Origin: a virus
Virus record (IMG/VR): IMGVR_UViG_3300029825_000007
Span: 1 to 64,000 of that record
Strand: one strand, 5' to 3'
DNA: 64,000 nt
Shown here one piece after another: positions 17,269 to 25,396 of the stretch. The notes beneath the pieces were generated by a model. It saw nothing but the letters and a program-made list of their open reading frames with translations. It was not told where the DNA came from and made no database searches. A program made the position numbers and the translations under genes. Within the stretch, counting starts at the first letter, position 1. Every line of letters starts with the position of its first letter.

Positions 17269-17361
17269 AATAAAGATTGTTCCACTTCCCTACCTCGCAC
17301 CATGTGGTGGAACCCCTACGGCAAATGAGGGAGGACGCACTTGCCATGCACCGTCTTTATT
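17269..17361 (-). other. Closed multi-hairpin RNA-like structure in an intergenic gap
   Basis: aataaaga (17269-17276) pairs with tctttatt (17354-17361); inner stems gttccac/gtggaac, ggcaa/ttgcc, gacg/cgtc; GC-rich relative to its surroundings. Confidence 0.35.
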
Positions 17362-17709
17362 TCAAATGAATCTTGCTATCGGTATGATGTTCGCATACAG
17401 TTCCGATTCATTAATAAATGATACCGATACATTGTTCTCAGAATGGGATTTCTCACCCTCTGTACCTTGTCTGTTCCAAGCATTCAAAACCGCATAAATA
17501 ATTGTACCGTAATAATTTTCCAGATCATCAAGAATCATTGTTTCGGAATATTCAGATGGATAATTACGATACTTTTTTACGTTGTCTATTGAAAGCTTTA
17601 CGAACAGGTTTAATTTATTTTCATCATCTGATGTGATATCATCTTTGAGTAGCGTCTTAGCGTCCTCTAATATCCTGTCATTTAATGTTTTTGTTTCTGC
17701 CATTTTCAT
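17362..17709 (-). CDS. Head-tail connector protein (gp6-like)
   Basis: 115 aa; DDITSDDENKLNLFVKLSIDNVKKY pattern; position. Confidence 0.55.
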   Translation of the reverse strand: MKMAETKTLNDRILEDAKTLLKDDITSDDENKLNLFVKLSIDNVKKYRNYPSEYSETMILDDLENYYGTIIYAVLNAWNRQGTEGEKSHSENNVSVSFINESELYANIIPIARFI

Positions 17710-17715
17710 ACCTCC

Positions 17716-17871
17716 TTATTTTTTCGGAGGTCTACCACGTCTTTTAGGCTGTTCCGTATTTGTCTCAACATGAGCAGGCTTTTTATATTCCTCAAATCCG
17801 CTCTGTTTGAAAGCAGCAACTTGTACCGGATTATCAACTTCAAAGACTAGGTTTCCTTTTACTAACTTCAC
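17716..17871 (-). CDS. Small basic-tailed protein (GTG start), absent from the ORF track
   Basis: GGGAGG RBS, then GTG; 51 aa ending QPKRRGRPPKK; its stop overlaps the RBS of the next gene. Confidence 0.4.
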   Translation of the reverse strand: MKLVKGNLVFEVDNPVQVAAFKQSGFEEYKKPAHVETNTEQPKRRGRPPKK

Positions 17872-17901
17872 TAAAATTTTCCTCCCTTGTGTTACGATTA
17901 C

Positions 17902-18192
17902 TTATTCTTCAACCGTTACAGTGACAGCAGATGTGGAATTATCAGATAGCGTCATAACTCCGCCTGTGATTTTACCGTCTGCGTCTGTTGTAAGCGAAAG
18001 GGATTTTAGACTTTTACCATCAGTGCCTTTAGGCCCGGTTGTCCCTGTCTCGCCCTTTTCACCTTTAGCACCGTCCTTACCGGGTGGGCCTTGTGGCCCT
18101 ACCTGATTCGTTTCTGCTAATAACTGCAACTGATTCATGAGTTCCGCTGTAATTACATCTCCAATTTTCCATACATGTTTGGGGTCTGCCAT
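17902..18192 (-). CDS. Collagen-like repeat protein (possible head decoration or fibre)
   Basis: GPQGPPGKDGAKGEKGETGTTGPKGTDGK is a run of 9 G-X-Y triplets; lies between the capsid and connector genes. Confidence 0.6.
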   Translation of the reverse strand: MADPKHVWKIGDVITAELMNQLQLLAETNQVGPQGPPGKDGAKGEKGETGTTGPKGTDGKSLKSLSLTTDADGKITGGVMTLSDNSTSAVTVTVEE

Positions 18193-18247
18193 ATAAAAAT
18201 CAATCTCCTAACTGTGTGCGCGTTTACTGTGTTATAACTGCCTTTTC

Positions 18248-18310
18248 GATAACCCCCGAACCGACAATTGGCTGTTCGTCAGCCGGGGGTGTTATTCCCC
18301 CGAACCGACC
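18248..18310 (-). repeat. Conserved 3-prime element copy 2 (encloses the capsid gene stop codon)
   Basis: cccccgaaccgac is repeated exactly at 18253-18265 and 18297-18309, flanking cggggg at 18284-18289. Confidence 0.6.
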
Positions 18311-19125
18311 TTATTTACAGCGATTGCATTCTTTTTCTGGTTCAGAACGAAAGCGTCAAATCTTACACGTCCCTCAACAAGGAAGCCAGAGATACCAGGT
18401 GCATCAGAATGAATCTTATATTCAGTCAACTTAACAGGAGCGGGCATAACGATAGGATTCGTAATAATAACATCAACACCGGCCGGGAAATAAGACGTAG
18501 GTGCTTTAATTACCGGAATATCATCAATAGTACCGATCTGACCGTTCAGAGCAATTCTAGTAGCAAGATCACCCATTTTAGTGAACGCAGAATCAAGTTT
18601 AATCTTGTTGTAAAATGCCGGGGTCACAATTGCAACTCGTCCACCCTGTGGGGCTTTCGCATCATCCAATTTCTCTTGCAAACCAAGGAAAGTTTCATAT
18701 GCATTATCTTTCGTAGTTGTCACGTTTGTCAGATGAGAAGGATTCACACCCGCAACGATTTTGGAAATTCTGTATGTATCAATCCCCGGAATTACTACCT
18801 GAGAAATTTCTCTTGCCAGTGCAGTTCCAGCTACCATGGTTCCCAGAGTATCCTGTACGGATTTCTGGTCGATTGTAAATGTAAAGGACTTGTCTTGAGT
18901 GAGCATCATGCTCTGTACTTCATTCTCAAGCTCATCCGGTGTGCCATAGCGGTTAGAACCAGACAGTTTATAGTCAACCCAATCTTTTACCGGAATAGAA
19001 AATACTTTAATTGCTTCTACTCCAATCCAGTCATAAGAGTTATTGATAACACCCTGTGTAAGAGCACTCTGTGTAAATGCTTCATCAACAAGTGGAGAAT
19101 ATTTATCTGCATAATTAATAGCCAT
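18292..19125 (-). CDS. Major capsid protein
   Basis: 277 aa; follows the scaffold gene; size and position in head module. Confidence 0.75.
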   Translation of the reverse strand: MAINYADKYSPLVDEAFTQSALTQGVINNSYDWIGVEAIKVFSIPVKDWVDYKLSGSNRYGTPDELENEVQSMMLTQDKSFTFTIDQKSVQDTLGTMVAGTALAREISQVVIPGIDTYRISKIVAGVNPSHLTNVTTTKDNAYETFLGLQEKLDDAKAPQGGRVAIVTPAFYNKIKLDSAFTKMGDLATRIALNGQIGTIDDIPVIKAPTSYFPAGVDVIITNPIVMPAPVKLTEYKIHSDAPGISGFLVEGRVRFDAFVLNQKKNAIAVNKVGSGE

Positions 19126-19152
19126 AATTTATACCTCTTTCTTTTATAAAAA

Positions 19153-19719
19153 TTAATATCCCTTTAATCCCTTTTCGAATCCGGAAACAAAAGGGTCTTT
19201 TTCATTGTCATCATCTTCATTTCCACCTTGCGGTTCAGGTCGATTTCTTAACCATTCCTGTTCGGCTTCTTTGATCTTTAGTTCCTGATTTCTTTGAATA
19301 TTGGAATTGACAGTTTCTTCGTCACCCTCCAAATCCGCTTTTGCCGTAGCAGCCGCTAATTCTTCGGTCATTCCCAATCGCATGTAGTTTTTTGTTTTGG
19401 TGCTAAGAGCGATCTTATCTTCCAGACTTTTCACATAGGCTTTGTGATTCTCTTCCGCAATCTTCTTTTCTTCGGCTTCTTCTTCCTCAGCGGTCATTTT
19501 TGCTTTTAATTTCTTTCTTAACTCAGCAGTTTCAGAAGCGGCTTTGTCAAAAGAATTTTTTAGTTTTAACTTCTCGGCTCTTTCCTGTGCAAGCTGTGTT
19601 GACAAGTCTTCAATAGATGGTTCATTTGTCTCTTCATTGTTTTGGGATGTGGTATCAGGATTGGTATTTGTTTCTTTTTCAATTTCCTGATTTCCATTTT
19701 TGTTTAATTCATCTGCCAT
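19153..19719 (-). CDS. Scaffolding protein
   Basis: Highly charged E/K-rich coiled coil between the head morphogenesis and capsid genes; start set at MADELNK. Confidence 0.65.
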   Translation of the reverse strand: MADELNKNGNQEIEKETNTNPDTTSQNNEETNEPSIEDLSTQLAQERAEKLKLKNSFDKAASETAELRKKLKAKMTAEEEEAEEKKIAEENHKAYVKSLEDKIALSTKTKNYMRLGMTEELAAATAKADLEGDEETVNSNIQRNQELKIKEAEQEWLRNRPEPQGGNEDDDNEKDPFVSGFEKGLKGY

Positions 19720-19863
19720 AACTGTCATTTCCTTTCTGCGTTTTTTAGACTTCTCTGTCTGATAATTGTTTTTGCGTTTTAGACACTTCTCTGTGCTTGT
19801 TGCGTTTTTTGATAAGGGAGATTTCTCTATCTCCCGCTTAAATTTAAGCAATAAAAAACAGAT

Positions 19864-20481
19864 CTATCGAAATGTCTCGATGCATCTGCAATTCACTATC
19901 ATTTCTGGTGGTGCGCCTAAGGAATCATCCATAGGGAACATCATTTTGTAACCACCGATATTGAATGGTTCGTTAATTGGCCTGATTTGTCCATCGGCAA
20001 CATAATGCGCTTTTCTGGTTTTTTCATCTCTATGTGAGTGCCACACATGATATCGGTATCCGTGCTTATTGGCATTGTCGCTGTTTTTATGGTTATACAT
20101 CAATTCTGATTCATTGAGCGAAATGTCCTTTGCTCTAGTGGGCTTAAAAGCATTATTAAGGCTGCCACGTTTCCAATTAACTGTAGTATCAATAATGTCT
20201 TTTGCGAAATTCTTAGAACGCTGTGTGCCCCAAATATCAAAGTCACCAATCAATGTAGCTTGTTTATAAATCTCTTCTAATTGGTTAATATAGACATCTG
20301 CCATAACTGCGAACATTTCCGGGTCAACATCATATGATACTTTCAGCTTGTTAAAAAAGGGAACTAACAAAGTGTAAAATCGCTTTGCCGTTCTCTCTCT
20401 TCTCTGTTTTTCGTCTTCTGGTATATCTATTGTGCTAAAATATAATTTATTGATTTCATCAAATCCGAATATTGTAGGCAT
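19864..20481 (-). CDS. Head morphogenesis protein (SPP1 gp7 / Mu F-like)
   Basis: C-terminal VWHSHRDEKTRKAHYVADGQ...NCRC motif; follows the portal gene. Confidence 0.7.
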   Translation of the reverse strand: MPTIFGFDEINKLYFSTIDIPEDEKQRRERTAKRFYTLLVPFFNKLKVSYDVDPEMFAVMADVYINQLEEIYKQATLIGDFDIWGTQRSKNFAKDIIDTTVNWKRGSLNNAFKPTRAKDISLNESELMYNHKNSDNANKHGYRYHVWHSHRDEKTRKAHYVADGQIRPINEPFNIGGYKMMFPMDDSLGAPPEMIVNCRCIETFR

Positions 20482-20490
20482 TTATATCAC

Positions 20491-22074
20491 CTACTTCCCT
20501 ATGACCGGGCTATTGCTTGCCTGATCTGACAAATCCTGATCATCAAGATTCTTCTTTATGTCCTCTGTAAACTTGTCTGTACCCTCTTCTTGCGGCTCCA
20601 ATGTGTTAGGGGCATCATTCTTTATCTTGCTATCCTGATAGTCCTCTATACGCTTTTTAGAATCATTCCAAACTTGCTGTGGGTCGCTGAACAGATCAAT
20701 AACCTTAAGAGCGTCTCTGCCGTCAACCATATTATTTATAAGAGTTGCATAAGCATTGACTTTTGTTATCATATCGTAGGTTTTATTGCGTTTGAACTGT
20801 GGTTCAATGTCAGATATTTTTAAGTCTCTCAACGGATTGTTAGCATCCAAATCGCCAGACTTATTTATTATTCTAAGAATCAGCCTTAATTCTCGCATTC
20901 TTGCTTGCCTGATAATCTGCGATTCCTTACATGCCGCAACTTCCGCAGCACTCCATCCAGAACTCATACTCATCGCTGAACCTGTTGAGCCACCACCCGG
21001 CTCACTTCTCAATGGAACATCACACTTCTGCAATATCGTATCTCTACGTCTCTTAATATCATTTGTAATACCAGAATAGTCAAACTGAACTGACATTGGC
21101 TTGATATTGGGTTTCTTGCCATTTGCATCACCATGTGGAGGTGTCTCGGTACTTATCCAATCACCAGATTCTGGCTGTTGAACATTTCCTTCATCATCTT
21201 TGGGAAATTGAATATCATTCGCCCACCATAGCGTCTGAGTCGTCTGCGTTACTTGATTAGAGAAGTCAGAAACAAGAACATTCAAAGCATTCATATCACT
21301 TAATTGACGCTCAAAACATCCCATTCTGTCATAGGACCGGATATATTCTATTATTGGAATCATGCCCCAAGGGTTCATCTCTCCTGACCGAGATCTTTCA
21401 GTAAAATATAATTTTTCTGTTGGATTTCCGTTTATCATTCTCGGCGATAGTTTTACCTCATATCGTAATTCATCTGTAAAACACGTATATAGCGTTTGTC
21501 CGTCTTTAGTGGTTCGATACATAACACCAAGAACCGGACGTTGCGTAACGTCATTTGCGTAAACGACAAAGGTATGCAGTGGATTAAGTGTATACAGATC
21601 AAATACGGAACCGCCATCATAATCATGCTTCATATCAACGTATCTGTATCCGATACCTACAATTTCAATATATCTTGCCAAATCCTGATCTTTGGAAAAA
21701 CATCCCTCATCATCCAACATTTCATTGAGCATCCCAACAGCATTATCATCCTTGTCACTGTTGGAATTGTTAAGGTCCTTACTTCCGCGCTGAGATAATG
21801 TAATCGGATTTCCCCAATTATATCCGAGCTTAAATTCTGTAATCTGATTAGCAACATTATCCACGATCTTGTTGTTGACATCTTTCCGAATGTTCTTCTC
21901 GCGATTTAGAATCGGCTGATTGCCTTTCTCGTAACTCAAAAGTAATTTCATATCAGCGACATTGGCATAGTGGTATGGCAGTGAATCTTCAAGGACCTTG
22001 AATACTTGATTTGCACTCATTATCTCTGTTATGTCTGTGTATATCTTTTTTCTTCCCATCTGTTCCATTGTCAT
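20491..22074 (-). CDS. Portal protein
   Basis: 527 aa; position between terL and the head morphogenesis gene; start may be the ATG at 22068. Confidence 0.8.
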   Translation of the reverse strand: MTMEQMGRKKIYTDITEIMSANQVFKVLEDSLPYHYANVADMKLLLSYEKGNQPILNREKNIRKDVNNKIVDNVANQITEFKLGYNWGNPITLSQRGSKDLNNSNSDKDDNAVGMLNEMLDDEGCFSKDQDLARYIEIVGIGYRYVDMKHDYDGGSVFDLYTLNPLHTFVVYANDVTQRPVLGVMYRTTKDGQTLYTCFTDELRYEVKLSPRMINGNPTEKLYFTERSRSGEMNPWGMIPIIEYIRSYDRMGCFERQLSDMNALNVLVSDFSNQVTQTTQTLWWANDIQFPKDDEGNVQQPESGDWISTETPPHGDANGKKPNIKPMSVQFDYSGITNDIKRRRDTILQKCDVPLRSEPGGGSTGSAMSMSSGWSAAEVAACKESQIIRQARMRELRLILRIINKSGDLDANNPLRDLKISDIEPQFKRNKTYDMITKVNAYATLINNMVDGRDALKVIDLFSDPQQVWNDSKKRIEDYQDSKIKNDAPNTLEPQEEGTDKFTEDIKKNLDDQDLSDQASNSPVIGK

Positions 22075-22258
22075 TCACCACCTTTCTGTTGTCATTGTTG
22101 AACGTACATCCGCTTGAGGTATTATGATTATGTGTTATCCACTTTTTATCTCTGAAATAAATTTTCATATTTTCACACTCAAAAAAAGCATCACTCGGAC
22201 TTCCATTTCCGGGCAACGCTCTTTTATGTCAAATTTTTATATACTTTTTTACAATACC

Positions 22259-22267
22259 ATTATATCA
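22259..22267 (-). promoter_or_regulatory. Extended -10 promoter element (TGaTATAAT) upstream of portal
   Basis: Reverse complement of attatatca; lies in a 230-nt ORF-poor gap. Confidence 0.3.
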
Positions 22268-22304
22268 CATCTATTCTGGTAATTGTGGTACACGTGTCCT
22301 ATTA

Positions 22305-22745
22305 TCAATCTTTGTGTAATTTACTCATGAATCTATCAATCTTTTTTCCAATCGCTTCTCTTGAATAGCACAATTCATCTGCTATCTCCCGGTCTTTCAT
22401 TCCGTCTATGTATTTCATTTCAAATATCTGTCTCATTTCCAGATCGTCTATGTTTTCTATAAACTTTTCAATTTCGATCTGCATAGTTTCGGCAATTTCT
22501 TCATTCGCTTTGATATCAATTAATAGTTGTGCCCTCTGTGACTGTTTCTCTTTATCACATTTCATCCCAATACCAGAAACAACGAAATGTGCTTCTGCAT
22601 AGGGAAACTGATTCATGGAACCTTTTACAACGCCATGCTCTGTGACTTTCAGAAATTCAGAGACACGTTTCTTTTTTTTACGTAGTCTTTCAATTTCTTT
22701 TTGCAAGTAAATATATTTTGAAAGGTATTCTCTTGTTATTTCCAT
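22305..22745 (-). CDS. Sigma-70 region 4-like / ArpU-like transcriptional regulator
   Basis: C-terminal RQIFEMKYIDGMKDREIADELCYSREAIGKKI (sigma region 4 HTH pattern). Confidence 0.5.
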   Translation of the reverse strand: MEITREYLSKYIYLQKEIERLRKKKKRVSEFLKVTEHGVVKGSMNQFPYAEAHFVVSGIGMKCDKEKQSQRAQLLIDIKANEEIAETMQIEIEKFIENIDDLEMRQIFEMKYIDGMKDREIADELCYSREAIGKKIDRFMSKLHKD

Positions 22746-22756
22746 TTTAAGCCCTC

Positions 22757-24466
22757 CTAGAATGGTGAATGCATAATTGTAGTCTTGACTGTGAAACCGC
22801 CCTCTATGAACCGCTCAAGCTGTACCAGACCATCAGGAGAATCATCATGTTCATTCTTGCCAATCTGAACAAACATGCACAACTCATCTACAGCCTTGTT
22901 GTATTCGTCAGTACGCATATAACGTTTTGTTTCTTGATCATCTTTTCTCTTTAATCTCTGTAATTCATAATTCGCTTTCAAGAAAATAAATCTCCGTTTG
23001 ATATCACCAGAATACTGAATGATTTTTGCCATCTTAGCCATAGTGTTTGGGGCTTTTGTACTTGTCACACTGCACTTGTATCCATCTTGTTCCAAAAGCT
23101 CATCTATCTTATCAGCGTACATATTACCGCCGTTATTAGCTTCAAAATTGATCTGCTGAATTTCATATTCTTTTATTTTACCTGCGACTAATGGTAGAGT
23201 AGTTTCTTTCGGTCCTGCATTGAATATCCAATCAACGATGTAAACGTCACCGTTCTCGTATTCAAACCCAATAGGCATGGACAATGAATCACCACCACCC
23301 CACGCCACATCACACGCACTTACAGCCCTCACAAATCCACTTTCTGGTAATACACCATTAAAGAATCGTAAATCATCTTCTGGGAATAACAATCCTTCTC
23401 TTACGAATGGTCTCTGCTGGTATTTTGCCATCCATTCATTTTTATCAAGTCGGTCTCTCATATCCAGATAATATTTTGTTGAGAATCCGCAGCCATACAT
23501 ATAATCAAAATTTGATTCATCATTTTCATTTAATGCAGGGATTTTTCTAAACCGGTAATTTTTATCATTCTTATGCTCTTTTTCAACACGGCCTAATGGG
23601 TCTATGACATTCCATCTTGTACCGACCATTAATTCCCTGGCTCCATCTTTTTTACGGTCTACAAGGATATTTAAATAGTCCTGATACCTATTCTCTAATC
23701 GCCTAGGGTTTAAAGATTCTTCACGGTCACGGACTAAATCATCCACATACAAATATCCATCAGGTGATATATCTACAGCACCTGTCCATGTTCCTTCAAT
23801 TCCTCGACAAGTCAGAGTTGCAAATCTATCAGGGTCACCCAATGTGATTTCTTTCTTTTCTGCTGATTTATTTGTAATGTTTCCGACTTCTGGAAATATT
23901 TCATGAAACGTGTATTCCTCTGTATTAATCAAATTAAGCATTTCACCGTAAAATCCATCCGCTAATATTCCGGAGTGTCCGGACATAGCATTGTGGCTGT
24001 TAGGACGCTTGCCCAGTATCCATGATAAGAAAAATATACACAGAGTGCTCTTGCCCACGCGGCTTGCAAGAGACAATCCATAGAACTCAATTGCCCTATC
24101 TTCCAAGTCCTGCAAATCATTTACAACTGTCTTTAATGTTTTCTGTCTCGGCAAGTAAAATCTCTTTCTGGGATCTCTGTTCTTCTCCATGTAAATCAAG
24201 TATGATTCAAATTTATCCCTTGATTCGAACAGCAAACACTGATAATACAGATCAAGAAACTTTTGGTCTTTTGTATCACTTGTCAATCTAACAGCCCATT
24301 GTTTTACAAAACCAGATACCTTATAGCAATATTCTTTTTCGTTCGGATAATCTTGTTTCATGTACTGTGCAGATGATAATAATGCAAGCAGCACTTTATA
24401 TTCTGGTCTCGTTCCTAATCGCTGTTTTAACGCATTTATCCTTTTTTGATGCTCAATTAACTGCAT
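22757..24466 (-). CDS. terL: Terminase large subunit
   Basis: 569 aa; ATPase N-terminal part (SLASRVGKST) and nuclease-like C-terminal part; upstream of portal. Confidence 0.85.
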   Translation of the reverse strand: MQLIEHQKRINALKQRLGTRPEYKVLLALLSSAQYMKQDYPNEKEYCYKVSGFVKQWAVRLTSDTKDQKFLDLYYQCLLFESRDKFESYLIYMEKNRDPRKRFYLPRQKTLKTVVNDLQDLEDRAIEFYGLSLASRVGKSTLCIFFLSWILGKRPNSHNAMSGHSGILADGFYGEMLNLINTEEYTFHEIFPEVGNITNKSAEKKEITLGDPDRFATLTCRGIEGTWTGAVDISPDGYLYVDDLVRDREESLNPRRLENRYQDYLNILVDRKKDGARELMVGTRWNVIDPLGRVEKEHKNDKNYRFRKIPALNENDESNFDYMYGCGFSTKYYLDMRDRLDKNEWMAKYQQRPFVREGLLFPEDDLRFFNGVLPESGFVRAVSACDVAWGGGDSLSMPIGFEYENGDVYIVDWIFNAGPKETTLPLVAGKIKEYEIQQINFEANNGGNMYADKIDELLEQDGYKCSVTSTKAPNTMAKMAKIIQYSGDIKRRFIFLKANYELQRLKRKDDQETKRYMRTDEYNKAVDELCMFVQIGKNEHDDSPDGLVQLERFIEGGFTVKTTIMHSPF

Positions 24467-24525
24467 AAAAATAGAGAACCTCCCTACAGTGTAGTTATGG
24501 CTCTCTCATGGCTCTATTTAAATAT

Positions 24526-24708
24526 TTACTTATATGAATTGCATAACGCTTCATATGCGTATGAAAGATTAGACACGCTTTCTGAAATTATGTTGTCAGA
24601 TGTGTTTATAGAGGAATCAGTAATATCACTTAGGCACAAGTCTATTGCATCTATAATTGACTCTTTTACTTCTTCTACACGTTGCTGTGCATTATCTTTT
24701 TCAGTCAT
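24526..24708 (-). CDS. Hypothetical acidic protein
   Basis: 60-aa ORF upstream of terL. Confidence 0.35.
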   Translation of the reverse strand: MTEKDNAQQRVEEVKESIIDAIDLCLSDITDSSINTSDNIISESVSNLSYAYEALCNSYK

Positions 24709-24720
24709 TTAATTATCTCC

Positions 24721-24888
24721 CTATCCTTTTATCATACTATCAATTGAATCAAGCATTATTGACCATGCCAGACAAGCTGTAGAACTACGATATATTCCTT
24801 TGAAATAATAATAACATCCTAATATTAGCGCAATTGTGCTTGATACAGTAAGTATTATTTTTATAGTATATTTTATAACATCTTTCAT
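24721..24888 (-). CDS. Small membrane protein
   Basis: Two hydrophobic segments; start set at MKDVIKY. Confidence 0.35.
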   Translation of the reverse strand: MKDVIKYTIKIILTVSSTIALILGCYYYFKGIYRSSTACLAWSIMLDSIDSMIKG

Positions 24889-24889
24889 C

Positions 24890-25084
24890 TCACATCTCCT
24901 CTGCATTACTCCATGATCGTTCTGGAATACATACATTAAACTCTTTCTTGCAATTACTTCCTTTACATTTTAGAGATAAATTATGTATAACAGTTTTACT
25001 ATTAATTTTTAGATTCTTTTTTCCACAATATGGACATGTAACCCATTCTTCTTCATTTTCATCAAACTGAATTCTGCCTAACAT
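24890..25084 (-). CDS. Cysteine-rich zinc-ribbon protein (Cys-rich KTR / Com-like)
   Basis: WVTCPYCGKKNLKI...LKCKGSNCKKEFNV has two CxxC-type pairs. Confidence 0.5.
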   Translation of the reverse strand: MLGRIQFDENEEEWVTCPYCGKKNLKINSKTVIHNLSLKCKGSNCKKEFNVCIPERSWSNAEEM

Positions 25085-25142
25085 CAGATTATCTCCAATC
25101 TATAATTGCATTTTGTATACATTAAATATTAAAAAATAAAAA

Positions 25143-25235
25143 TCAGACTGGCAAGATTCGAACTTGCATCTTAGAGAATATAAGGAGTGGAAGATTGAAA
25201 ATTCTCTACGCTTTTCCTAATTAAGCTACATTCTG
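25143..25235 (-). tRNA. Aberrant tRNA-like gene (canonical acceptor, D and T arms; non-canonical anticodon arm)
   Basis: Acceptor CAGAATG/CAGTCTG (1 mismatch); D arm GCTT..AAGC; T arm GCAAG-TTCGAAT-CTTGC. The centre forms a perfect 8-bp helix TAGAGAAT/ATTCTCTA with a 21-nt loop. Confidence 0.4.
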
Positions 25236-25324
25236 TTAGTGACGGGAACGTTTCTCAGGGTTGTTCTTTAACCGCCACTGTTGCAGTTCATTTGTATTTC
25301 CCACCAACCACAACAAAGGGATAA

Positions 25325-25396
25325 CTGAGATAGTTGGACTCGAACCAACAACTTCCTGATTAACGGCCAGGCGTTCTACCATTGGACTATATCTCA
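25325..25396 (-). tRNA. tRNA-Asn (anticodon GUU) with C at position 33
   Basis: Acceptor TGAGATA/TATCTCA; anticodon arm CCTGG-CCGTTAA-TCAGG; T arm GTTGG-TTCGAGT-CCAAC; 72 nt; CCA not encoded. Confidence 0.8.

Noticed and set aside
18193-18294. Read-through or frameshift fusion of the capsid protein to the downstream collagen-like ORF
   Set aside because: From the capsid stop, the -1 frame hits TGA after 6 codons. The +1 frame hits TAA after about 25 codons, before the collagen-like start at 18192.
18268-19149. 293-aa plus-strand ORF
   Set aside because: It lies entirely antisense to the major capsid gene, has a low-complexity N/R/I/C-rich composition and has no RBS. It is an antisense shadow ORF.
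21989-22216. 75-aa minus-strand ORF overlapping the portal start
   Set aside because: It runs out of frame across the portal RBS and start and has an odd H/N/K-rich composition. It is more likely untranslated leader sequence.
22757-22759. Genome-wide reassignment of TAG (or TAA) as a sense codon
   Set aside because: terL and gene 51074..51409 both end in TAG immediately before the RBS and start of the next gene. TAA, TAG and TGA all close well-defined genes, and the late genes have no internal stops. At most, local suppression is possible.
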